From the IMG/VR virus record IMGVR_UViG_3300042309_001504, positions 1 through 64,000 of that record: a stretch of DNA of 64,000 nucleotides; one strand, written 5' to 3'. The translations under genes and the position numbers were made by a program. Origin of the DNA: a virus. Shown one piece after another: positions 1 to 9,600 of this stretch (position 1 is its first letter; each line of letters starts with the position of its first letter). The notes under the pieces were generated by a model. That model did not search any database. It had not been told where the DNA came from and worked only from the letters and a program-made list of their open reading frames with translations.

Positions 1-2
1 AT

Positions 3-1031
3 ACTCCACACTTAAATAATGTATATGCTGGACTTGGTATTCCTCCAACACTAACAGGCACATTTGGTGCAGCAGGCACAACAAATAATTTTATTAGTTT
101 AAAAACATTAACTCAAAGACTTCAATACGGTAGAGATGTATTAGTTCAATTTTGGGATAATGAAATTACGCTAGTACAAAAAGCAATGGGTTTTAGATAC
201 CCTGCTAAAATAGAATTTGATAGAATGGATCTTAGTAATGAAGAAGCTGAAAAGGCTTTATTAATTCAGTTGGCTGATAGAAATGTTATTAGTGATGAAT
301 TCTTACAGAAACGTTTTGGTGCTGATCCTGAAATGGAAAGAGTAAGACTTAATAGAGAATCTAACGATAGATCAGCAGAAAGAATGGTTCCAAAGATGGG
401 TCCGTATTCTAATTTAGAAAACGATATGAAAAAAATAGCTTTACAATTGGGATTGGCAACTCCTAGCGAAGTTGGTTTGGACCTGATGGAAAAACAAAAG
501 GGACAAAAAACATTATTAGAAATTAGAAATGAATTGGATATTAAAAAAGCAATAGAGGCTCCAAAATCAAATCCATTTAGTGGATCCAATACTAATCCTG
601 GAAGACCCGGTCAGGGTAGACCACAAGGTCAAAAAGATTCAACAAAACGCAAAACCAAACAATTTGCTCCACAAACAGGAGCATCACTAATTTTGAGTGC
701 TAATAAATTACAAGAAAAAATAAACAATGCCGTCAACCCTATTCTGCTTAATTTTTATAAGAAAAAAAATATGAGAAGTTTATCAGATCAAGAATATGTT
801 GAAGCCGAAATTTTTAAGAGCAAGTTACTATTTAGTATATCTCCACAAGATAAACATAATGATGAAACTATTATTAAAAACATAGAATCTATCAATAGTA
901 TTAATCCTATCTATTCTCAATATAATAAATTTATCACTAATTTAGAAAAAAGTATTGGCAAAGAATTATCTATAGAAGAAAATAAACAAGCTAAAGCCTA
1001 TTTTTATTCTTTGGTGTATTCACAATCTTAA
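3..1031 (+). CDS. Portal protein, C-terminal part (5' truncated by window)
   Basis: Frame is open from position 3 (TPHLNNVYAGLGIPPTLTG...NNFISLKTL...IEFDRMDLSNE), so the 186 start is internal. Lies directly before protease and capsid genes; GRP-rich C-terminal tail is typical of portals. Confidence 0.7.
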   Translation, partial: TPHLNNVYAGLGIPPTLTGTFGAAGTTNNFISLKTLTQRLQYGRDVLVQFWDNEITLVQKAMGFRYPAKIEFDRMDLSNEEAEKALLIQLADRNVISDEFLQKRFGADPEMERVRLNRESNDRSAERMVPKMGPYSNLENDMKKIALQLGLATPSEVGLDLMEKQKGQKTLLEIRNELDIKKAIEAPKSNPFSGSNTNPGRPGQGRPQGQKDSTKRKTKQFAPQTGASLILSANKLQEKINNAVNPILLNFYKKKNMRSLSDQEYVEAEIFKSKLLFSISPQDKHNDETIIKNIESINSINPIYSQYNKFITNLEKSIGKELSIEENKQAKAYFYSLVYSQS

Positions 1032-1042
1032 AGGAGTAAAAT

Positions 1043-2524
1043 ATGCATATTTTTGAACAAGAAATTAAAGATGGACTACAAGAACAAATAGCCGCAAAAT
1101 CATCCATATCATACGCTTCTGTTGCTACTCCATCTTTGTCTTCATCAGCACATAATATCAAACAAATTAAAGCATTAGCATCTGTTAATGACGACGATTT
1201 ATATTATGTACAATCAATTTTGGTAACATCTTCATGGAATAAAAATGATGATATTTTTGATAGTAAAGAAGTTTGGGCAGCAAAAAATACTCCAGAAGAT
1301 AAACCAACAAATCTAAATCATGATGAAAATATTATTATAGGCCATATAACATCAAACTGGCCTATTACCAATGACGGATTGCTAATTGATCCAGATACTC
1401 CTGTTGAAAATTTACCAGAAAAATTTCATATCTTAACTGGTTCAGTAATTTATAAAGCATATATTAATGATGAATTAAAAGAAAGAACATTAGCACTAAT
1501 TAAAGAAATAGAAAATGGCACAAAATATGTTAGTATGGAATGTTTTTTCAAAGGATTTGATTATGGTCTATTAGATAAAAGTTCCGGAGAATATAAGATA
1601 TTAACCAGAACTGAAGATACTTCTCATTTAAGCAAACATTTAAGAGCTTATGGTGGTTTAGGAGAACACGAAAATTATAAAATTGGTAGAGTTCTAAGAA
1701 ATATAACATTTTCTGGTAAGGGGTATGTTGATAAGCCAGCTAATCCAGATAGTATTATTTTAAACGGAATTAATAATACATATCCTAAAAAGAGTATATC
1801 TGTACAAATCGAAAATAATGATATTATAGAAAATATGGAAAAAAATGATTTTTCTGAAAATAATGGTGTAATTGCTAATAACATCGAAAGCGCTAATACG
1901 GAGACAAATCAAATGAATGAAGAAGTCAATACAACGAGCCAATTAGAAGCTAGTCTTCAAGCCAAAGAAAATGACTTGCAACTAGCACTTTCCAAGTTGG
2001 TTCAATGCGAAGCCGAAGCTGCTGAAAAAATGAAAAACAAAGACGAAGAAATGACCAAAAAAGAAGAAGAAATGAAAAAGATGAAGGCTAGTGTTGATGA
2101 ACTCAGCGAAGCCTTAGCAGCTTACAAAAACAAAGAAGAAGAAATGATGAAGAAAGAAAAGAAAAATAAGAGAATGGCTTCTTTGTTAGAGGCTGGTGTT
2201 GAACTAGCAGAAGCAGAAGCCACAGTTGATAAACTAGAACTTATTGATGATACTGCTTTTGAAACCATGACTCTTCTATTAGCTGCTCAAAAAGCTAAAA
2301 AACCAACCAAAGAAGAAACAATGAAAGAAGAAGCATCTGAAAACGATACCACAAAATCAACAGAAGTTATTGCTGATGAAAGTTTGTTGGAAAATGTTGA
2401 AGAAGACGCTTCTGCCATTGAAGTTACTGTTGGTGGCTCTGATGATGGCACAGAATCAACAAGAGCCGCATTAATCGATTTTGTATATTCCAGACTCGGT
2501 AAAAAACTCAATAAGGGAGAATAA
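1043..2524 (+). CDS. Prohead protease / scaffold fusion protein
   Basis: SD AAGGAG. N-terminal domain with WNKNDDIF, NLNHDE..IIGHI, VSMEC and FSGKGYVDKPANPDS motifs, followed by an E/K/M-rich coiled coil. Sits between portal and capsid. Confidence 0.7.
   Translation: MHIFEQEIKDGLQEQIAAKSSISYASVATPSLSSSAHNIKQIKALASVNDDDLYYVQSILVTSSWNKNDDIFDSKEVWAAKNTPEDKPTNLNHDENIIIGHITSNWPITNDGLLIDPDTPVENLPEKFHILTGSVIYKAYINDELKERTLALIKEIENGTKYVSMECFFKGFDYGLLDKSSGEYKILTRTEDTSHLSKHLRAYGGLGEHENYKIGRVLRNITFSGKGYVDKPANPDSIILNGINNTYPKKSISVQIENNDIIENMEKNDFSENNGVIANNIESANTETNQMNEEVNTTSQLEASLQAKENDLQLALSKLVQCEAEAAEKMKNKDEEMTKKEEEMKKMKASVDELSEALAAYKNKEEEMMKKEKKNKRMASLLEAGVELAEAEATVDKLELIDDTAFETMTLLLAAQKAKKPTKEETMKEEASENDTTKSTEVIADESLLENVEEDASAIEVTVGGSDDGTESTRAALIDFVYSRLGKKLNKGE
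1913..2524 (+). CDS. Putative nested scaffolding protein from an internal in-frame start
   Basis: GGAG at 1900-1903 and in-frame ATG at 1913, at the boundary of the coiled-coil region. Confidence 0.45.
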   Translation: MNEEVNTTSQLEASLQAKENDLQLALSKLVQCEAEAAEKMKNKDEEMTKKEEEMKKMKASVDELSEALAAYKNKEEEMMKKEKKNKRMASLLEAGVELAEAEATVDKLELIDDTAFETMTLLLAAQKAKKPTKEETMKEEASENDTTKSTEVIADESLLENVEEDASAIEVTVGGSDDGTESTRAALIDFVYSRLGKKLNKGE

Positions 2525-2528
2525 AAAC

Positions 2529-2978
2529 ATGGCTCTTAAACCTGATCGTATCGAACAATTAACAGATATTTCTTTTTTCATGAATACAGTGGCAGAAAGA
2601 GGCGGTGTTGTTTCTGCCGTAACTACTGGTTCTGGTGTGGCTATGGATAGTAGTGCTGCTGTAGTTGCTTACGCAGCCAATCCTTCTGGCGCTAAACCAT
2701 TAGGTGTTTTACTAAATGATGTTGTTAATATTGACCTAACACGTCAACATATCAACTGGCATAAAGATGAAATGCAATTGGGTGGCAAAGTAACATTGCT
2801 ACGCAATGGTCAAGTAACAACTAATCTTGTTGCTGGATCACCAACTGCTGGTGCCGATGCTTATGTTGCTGCCAGTGGTTATATTAGCACAGTTCAGGCT
2901 ACCGGTGCTGTTAAGATTGGTCAATTTCTTAGCGCTACCGATACCGATGGCTACGCAAAAGTATCAGTTAACCTATAA
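2529..2978 (+). CDS. Capsid decoration/cement protein
   Basis: Start refined to ATG 2529 after AAGGGAG. 149-aa Ala/Gly/Val-rich protein immediately upstream of the major capsid gene. Confidence 0.65.
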   Translation: MALKPDRIEQLTDISFFMNTVAERGGVVSAVTTGSGVAMDSSAAVVAYAANPSGAKPLGVLLNDVVNIDLTRQHINWHKDEMQLGGKVTLLRNGQVTTNLVAGSPTAGADAYVAASGYISTVQATGAVKIGQFLSATDTDGYAKVSVNL

Positions 2979-3001
2979 TTAAATAAAGGGAGAAACATAA
3001 T

Positions 3002-4012
3002 ATGTCGTCTAATACTGTTAGATTTCAACCAACACCAGAACTTACAGACCTTTTGGTTCGTTCTGGCTCGTTAAATAAAGACCAAGCTTTAGCAGCTAAT
3101 GCCGAATTTGCTAAAGCTTTAGAACTACCATTACGTCAAGGTATTCTTAATGGCGATATTCTAGATGGCATTTATGAGCCAATCACCCTTGCTCAAAGTG
3201 CTACTCCAGAATTTCCATTAGACTTCTTGGCTCCTGGTACAGAAAAAGATTTCGTGGCCTATACCATTCCAAATCACGGCTATATTCCACAAAAGCATGT
3301 GGAAGGTGATTATGTCATGGTTCCAACATATGATGTTGGCGCATCCATTGACTATCTCCTAAAGTATGCTCGTGATGCTCGTTGGGATGTTGTTGGTCGT
3401 GCTATGGAAGTTCTAGAAGCACAATTTGTTAAGAAAATGAATGATGATGGTTGGCATACACTATTGGCTGCTGGTGTTGATCGCAACATCGTTGTTTATG
3501 ATAGCGATGCTGATGCTGGTCAATTTACCAAGAGACTAGTTAGTTTGATGAAGACCGTTATGCGTCGTAATGGCGGCGGTAACTCAACATCTGCTAATCG
3601 TGGTATGTTAACAGATCTTTATGTATCTCCAGAAGCTATGGAAGATATTCGTAATTGGGGTATGGATCAAGTTGACGAAATTACTCGTCGAGAAATCTAT
3701 ACCGCTGCTGACGGTACTCTTAACAGAGTATTTGGTGTTAATCTTCACGACCTTGACGAATTGGGCGAAGGCCAAGAATATCAACTATTCTTCAGCAATC
3801 AACTAGGTGCCTCATTGGCTGCTAGTGACGTTGAATTGGTAGTTGGTCTTGATCTTCGTAAGAGAGACAGTTTCATAATGCCAATTCGTGAACAAGTTCA
3901 AATTTTTGAAGATGATACATTACATCGTCAAAAACGAGCTGGCTTCTATGGTTGGGCTGAACAAGGCTTTGCTGTTCTTGATAATAGAAGAGTAATTCTT
4001 GGCAGTCTATAA
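3002..4012 (+). CDS. Major capsid protein (HK97 fold likely)
   Basis: 336 aa, SD GGGAG, position after decoration gene, followed by a strong terminator; C-terminal GFYGWAEQGFAVLD. Confidence 0.8.
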   Translation: MSSNTVRFQPTPELTDLLVRSGSLNKDQALAANAEFAKALELPLRQGILNGDILDGIYEPITLAQSATPEFPLDFLAPGTEKDFVAYTIPNHGYIPQKHVEGDYVMVPTYDVGASIDYLLKYARDARWDVVGRAMEVLEAQFVKKMNDDGWHTLLAAGVDRNIVVYDSDADAGQFTKRLVSLMKTVMRRNGGGNSTSANRGMLTDLYVSPEAMEDIRNWGMDQVDEITRREIYTAADGTLNRVFGVNLHDLDELGEGQEYQLFFSNQLGASLAASDVELVVGLDLRKRDSFIMPIREQVQIFEDDTLHRQKRAGFYGWAEQGFAVLDNRRVILGSL

Positions 4013-4039
4013 TCCTTAATATCATAGTCAAAAACAATT

Positions 4040-4068
4040 AAGGCTGGCTTTTGCCAGCCTTTTTTGTT
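4040..4068 (+). terminator. Rho-independent terminator after the capsid gene
   Basis: AAGGCTGGC-TTTT-GCCAGCCTT perfect stem followed by a T tract. Confidence 0.85.
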
Positions 4069-4081
4069 GATATATAAAATT

Positions 4082-4090
4082 AGGTGTATA
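4082..4090 (+). promoter_or_regulatory. Candidate late-promoter motif GGTGTA(T/A)
   Basis: AGGTGTATA just after the terminator and about 25 nt before ATG 4115; similar motifs at 1012, 1864, 11583 and 13200. Confidence 0.45.
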
Positions 4091-4114
4091 AAATTATACC
4101 AAGGAGATATTAAT

Positions 4115-4657
4115 ATGGCCTGGAAAAAAGATATAGTTTCTATAGTTAGAGTTTTAATTAATGATTTATCTCAGCCATATTCTTTTAGTGATACTAGATT
4201 ACAACAAGCAATAGTAGTAGCAGCACAATTTGTTAAAGCAGATTTAACATTTGATCAAGATTATACTTTAAATATAAGTTCTCCAGATATTAGTCCTGAT
4301 CCAACAGAAACAGAGACTAAAGATGATATATTCATAAACTGTGTATCTTTAAAAACATCGTGTATTATTGATCAAAGTATTTTTAGAACAAAAGCCACCT
4401 TAGAAGGTATTAAAACAGCTTTGGGTCCAGCACAATTAAGTGTTGCTGGTAATTTAGCTGGCTTTAAGATCTTACTAGATCAAGGTCCGTGCGCTCTTTA
4501 TACTAAATTTATAGAAGATTATGAAATTGCTAATGCTACAAATATTGCTGCTGTGCTTGGTCCATTTATTGGTAACAAATTTGATCCACGATTAACTAAT
4601 GCCAATTTGGGTTCATTTTATAGACATCCAGAAAGCGACAATGGTTTTTTTAGCTAA
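4115..4657 (+). CDS. Head-tail adaptor / head completion protein
   Basis: Start refined to ATG 4115 after AAGGAG. VRVLIND..PYSFSDTRL N-terminus and position after capsid. Confidence 0.55.
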   Translation: MAWKKDIVSIVRVLINDLSQPYSFSDTRLQQAIVVAAQFVKADLTFDQDYTLNISSPDISPDPTETETKDDIFINCVSLKTSCIIDQSIFRTKATLEGIKTALGPAQLSVAGNLAGFKILLDQGPCALYTKFIEDYEIANATNIAAVLGPFIGNKFDPRLTNANLGSFYRHPESDNGFFS

Positions 4658-4669
4658 TGAGGTTGTCAA

Positions 4670-5074
4670 ATGCCAGCATCACAATATGACTTTAGTATTG
4701 AACAAGGGTCATCATTTAAATTATCATTAATATATAAAAATAGTAGCGAAACTCCAATAAATCTAACAAATTGGTGCGCTAGATTAATTTGGACAACAGA
4801 CGAAGGTTCGGTACAAACTTTTAGTACCACCAATAATGATTTTAGTCTTTATAAGTTTCAAATTTTTGGAAATGAAGGTAAATTATTATTACAAATTCCC
4901 GCCACAACAACCAATTTGTTCACTTTTGCAACAGCCAAATACGATTTGGAAATAGAGAGTCCGAACGAAATGTATACTGGTGGTGGTAATGAAATAATTA
5001 GATTATTATATGGTACTATTAAAATAGCTATTAGATATAGTGAGCAAAATAACATCTTGGATTGCCAACCATGA
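4670..5074 (+). CDS. Virion beta-sandwich protein (fibre attachment-type)
   Basis: YDFSIEQGSSF...PINLT...KYDLEI...RLLYG pattern; paralog of 11620..12027. Confidence 0.5.
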   Translation: MPASQYDFSIEQGSSFKLSLIYKNSSETPINLTNWCARLIWTTDEGSVQTFSTTNNDFSLYKFQIFGNEGKLLLQIPATTTNLFTFATAKYDLEIESPNEMYTGGGNEIIRLLYGTIKIAIRYSEQNNILDCQP

Positions 5075-5310
5075 GTGAGCCATTTATTATCTCTATTGAA
5101 AATACTGAACCAAATATTATAGCATTAGAGACTAGTTTTATTGATAATGTGGGAGTAATTGAAATAGAAAGATTTGGAACTCCTAGTGTAAATATAATTA
5201 TGGGACTTAGTCCTATAAGTGTAAGTGATTTACCAGATATTCCAGTTTCTAAAATTATTGGATTAGATGACTACCTAGATAGTTATGAATTTGACTGTGG
5301 AACCCCATAA
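5071..5310 (+). CDS. Small hypothetical virion protein
   Basis: ATGA overlap with the upstream gene; ends FDCGTP, like IDGGTP of the next gene. Confidence 0.5.
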   Translation: MSEPFIISIENTEPNIIALETSFIDNVGVIEIERFGTPSVNIIMGLSPISVSDLPDIPVSKIIGLDDYLDSYEFDCGTP

Positions 5311-5333
5311 TATTTAATAACGGAGAATCATAA

Positions 5334-6653
5334 ATGCCAGCTCAAACATTAATTCAAATTCGTCGTGGTACAGCAGCATCATGGACAAGTGCAAATCCAA
5401 CACTATTTGCTGGTGAATGGGGATACGAAACAGATACTGGAAGGTATAAAGTTGGTGATGGTTTAACATCATGGACAACACTACCATATTCTGCTATTAC
5501 TCCGAATGCTACTAATTTAGTTACTAATAGTGGTATTGGAGCGTCGTTTGGAGCTAATGGTTTGCCTGTAACGATTAGTGTTACCGGTATTACTAGCAGT
5601 CAAGTTATCGATTTTGGTAGTGCTGTTAGCGGAATTGTTACATCTATTAGTATTAGTACCGAAGAAATTATGGATATTCTAGGTACAGGACTAGTTGGAG
5701 CAAGTGGTATTGGCATAGATTATCAAGACTCTTCCGATCAAATTGTAGTAAATGTTACAGGAATAACATCATCTCAAGTCACTAATTTTAATAGTAGCGT
5801 TAGTGGATTATTGCCAATTACAGATCTAACTGCTGGTACTGGTATTGGCATAACTAATATTGGCACAGATTATACAATATCTGTTACTGGAATTACTACT
5901 AGTTTAATAAATGATTTTGCTAGTGGTGTTGGTAATATTGTGGACACGACATTAGTTGCTGGAACCGGAATAGATTTAGCATACAATTCTGGCACTAATG
6001 AATTAACTATTGCTACCACAGGAGTTAGTTTTAATGGCCATACTCATGTTTGGAGTAATATTACTGATGCTTCTACTAAAGCTACTCTTAGCGAACTAGC
6101 TTATTTATCTGGTGTTACAGCAGGAACAGCAACTGCTAGTAGAGCATTAGTTGTTGATGCTAATAAAGATATTGGTGGAATCGGTAGCATAACCACAACC
6201 GGCAATATTACAATTGGTGGAAATCTTAATGTTCAGGGTACTACCACAACAGTTAATAGTACAACAGTAGATATTGGCGATAATATTATACGAGTTAATA
6301 CTAGTGGATTAACTACTGGTGGATTTGAAGTTTATACTGGTGTTGATTATAAACAGTTAGTTTGGAATGTGTCTAATAATAGATGGGAATTTACTGGAGG
6401 AAATGTTTATACTACTGGTAATTTTATTGGTAATTTAACTGGAAATGCCGATACTGTAACTAGTGGTGTTTATACCTATCAAACTGGTACTGTTACTAGT
6501 ACAATGATTCTTGATGGCACAATAGTAAATGCTGATATTAATAGTAGTGCTAATATTAATGTGCAAAAATTAGCCAGTGGTTCTACTGGACAAGTATTAC
6601 AAGTTAGTAGTACCGGTATAATATGGGGCAGTATTGACGGAGGAACACCATAA
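5334..6653 (+). CDS. Tail/head fibre protein with Mtd-N/hyaluronidase-like N-terminal anchor
   Basis: IQIRRGTAASWTSANPTL..GEWGYETDTGRYKVGDG N-terminus; Gly/Thr/Ser-rich shaft with an HTH tripeptide (HxH) motif. Confidence 0.7.
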   Translation: MPAQTLIQIRRGTAASWTSANPTLFAGEWGYETDTGRYKVGDGLTSWTTLPYSAITPNATNLVTNSGIGASFGANGLPVTISVTGITSSQVIDFGSAVSGIVTSISISTEEIMDILGTGLVGASGIGIDYQDSSDQIVVNVTGITSSQVTNFNSSVSGLLPITDLTAGTGIGITNIGTDYTISVTGITTSLINDFASGVGNIVDTTLVAGTGIDLAYNSGTNELTIATTGVSFNGHTHVWSNITDASTKATLSELAYLSGVTAGTATASRALVVDANKDIGGIGSITTTGNITIGGNLNVQGTTTTVNSTTVDIGDNIIRVNTSGLTTGGFEVYTGVDYKQLVWNVSNNRWEFTGGNVYTTGNFIGNLTGNADTVTSGVYTYQTGTVTSTMILDGTIVNADINSSANINVQKLASGSTGQVLQVSSTGIIWGSIDGGTP

Positions 6654-6695
6654 TATCATAATAAAGTATATTTTAAAATAGTATTAGGATAAGGT

Positions 6696-9600
6696 ATGCC
6701 CGCATATAATTTAATACAAATAAGAAAAGGAACTAGCACCGAATGGGCAAACCAAAATCCTATTTTATCTAGCGGTGAACCAGGATTTGATATAAGTAAT
6801 AATATATTAAAACTTGGTGATGGAGTTACAGCTTGGTCTAATTTAGATCCTATAGGTAGTGGTTTTATTTCTTCGCATACCGAAATTAATGTATTAAGTC
6901 AAGAACCACAAGGATTTGTTAATAGAATAGATAGCTCTATCAGTTTTAATGATAGTACTAGAACTTTTACTATTCAACCTACTGGTTCTAGTTACGATGT
7001 TTATATTGAAGGTATTAAAGTTACTAAAACTGGTATTGAAACCGTAGTTATCGATAGTGGTACAGCATTAAATTATATTCATTTTGATACTGATACAAAT
7101 CAATTACAAACTAAAACTTCATTTTTTAATTTTGATACTGATGTTCCAATTGCTTTCATTCACTGGAATAGTGGTATTGGTCAAAGCACTTTTTTTGGAG
7201 AAGAACGTCATGGTATAAGAATGGATACTACTACCCACAAGTGGATCCACAATACTTTCGGTATGCAATATATTAATGGACTAAGTATTGGTAACTATGT
7301 TCTTGAGGGAGATGGGACATCAAATAGTCACGCACAAATTAGTATTAGTGATGGAACTCTTTATCAAGAAGATATAGTTATTAATATTGCTGATGGTGAT
7401 AATGGAATTGAATTTACTCAACAATTATATCCAACTGGTTATTTTCCAGTTTATTATCATAGTGGAATTACTGGTCAGTGGGTAAGAGATTCTGGAACAC
7501 CATATCCAGTTAAATACAATGCTACAAGAGCATTATACAATTCGTATTCTGGTGGAACTTGGTCAGTTATTAATGTTCCAAATAATAGATATTTTGCAAT
7601 GTGGCTCGTTGCTACAAATGATATTAATGATCCCATATTGTCAATCATGGGACAAAGAGAAGATAGTAGCTTGGGTGCTGCGGAAAATAATAATAACTGG
7701 ACTGATATTGATCTGACAAATATTCCAACAAATGAGCTACGACCATTATACAGATTAATTTTCTTAACAAATAATACTTTTACCAATACTCCAAAAAGTA
7801 GTTTACAAAGTATATTAGACTTAAGACGAAGCATTCTTACAACTACTTATGGTGTACCACAAAATGATCACGGTAATTTATTCGGCTTGGGTGACGATGA
7901 TCATACTCAATATGTTCATATAAATGAAGCCAGAATTATTAGTGCTAATCATACATTTACCAATGGATTAACCATTAATAATGGACTATTATCTGCTACT
8001 AGTGGTAATTTTACATCTTTAACACTTAACAATACCGGAGTTAGTATTAGTGGACATACCCATATTGTTAATGATATAACAGATTTTGCTTCTGGTGTTG
8101 CTCAAGAAGTTGATACAACATTATCGTCTGGTAGTGGAATATCATTAGTTTATAATAGTGGAACAAATACCCTAACTATTAGTGCAACAGGATTGGCTTT
8201 AACTAATCATACTCATACGTCTTCAAACATTACCGATTTTAATAGTAGTGTTAGCGGATTACTTCCAACCATTGCTAATAGTGGTGATAATAGAATACTC
8301 ACTAGCACCGGCTCAACCGTTGGAATTAATGCTGAAAGTAATTTATCTTTTGATGGAAGCTTATTAAATGTAATTGGTAGTGGAAATTTTTCTAGTGGAT
8401 TAGTGATTAATAATCAAACAGCCAGTACCATCGCAAGTTTTGATAGTAATAAAAATGTTGCTTCTTTAAGTACAGCAACTTATCCATCACTCACAGAGCT
8501 TAGTTATGTTAAGGGCATAACAAGCGCTATTCAAACTCAAATTGACTCTAAAGCAGCTACTAGCACAACTATTACAGCAGGCAGCGGATTAGCTGGTGGT
8601 GGCAGTCTTGCAGCGAATAGAACAATAGATATAGGTCAGGGCGATGGAATAACCGTTAGTACGGATAATATAGCTGTTGATAGTACGGTTGTACGAACTA
8701 CTGGAACTCAAACTATTAGTGGAACGAAAACATTTACAGGTGATACGGTTTTCTCAACTGGAATTACAATTAGTTCTAGTGGCACAAATGTTCCACTTAC
8801 CATTACTAACGATGGTACTGGAAATAGTTTTGTTGTTAATGATGTTAGCGGTGATGCCGATCCTTTTGTAATTGATGCTGCTGGAAGAGTTGTTATTGGT
8901 GGCACTTCCGCATTTTCTGATGCTCATAAGTTTTCAATATTAGGTGGTCTACCATCTACAGCAGGGGTAACTGTTGGGTTTATATTACGAGCATTAGTTC
9001 CATCTAGTAGCACAAATAATTTTATATCATATTTTAGCAACATGGGGACAGAGACATCTTCATATACATTATCATCGTTAGAACATTATGCAGCGAATCA
9101 GCAGTCATTGGGCGTTGGTTCGGCTATTGGAAGTCAATATGGGTTTGTTGCAAGAGATTCGCTTATTGGCGCTACAAATAATTATGGATTTTATAGTAAT
9201 ATTGCGAGTGGCACCGGAAGATTTAATTTTTATGCTAATGGAACAGCAATTAATTATTTTGCTGGAAATGTTGGAATAGGAACAACTGGTCCAAGATCAA
9301 AATTAGATGTTCGTGGATTATCTCAATTTGTTGCTTCGTCTAATGGAACACCAGCACTTGGCGCAAATACACATTATACATCTACATTTGAAAATTTCTC
9401 TGGTAATTATGGACTTGGTATTAATGTTAATGCTAGTACTGGTATTGTTTTAGTTCAATCTCAAAGATTTGACAGTACAGCAACTGCTTATGATATTGGA
9501 TTTCAAACTTTAGGGGGAAATGTTGGAATAGCGGAAACTTCTCCTGCTAGAAAATTACATGTTAAAGAATCATCTGGTATTTTTACTTCTAGATTTGAGG

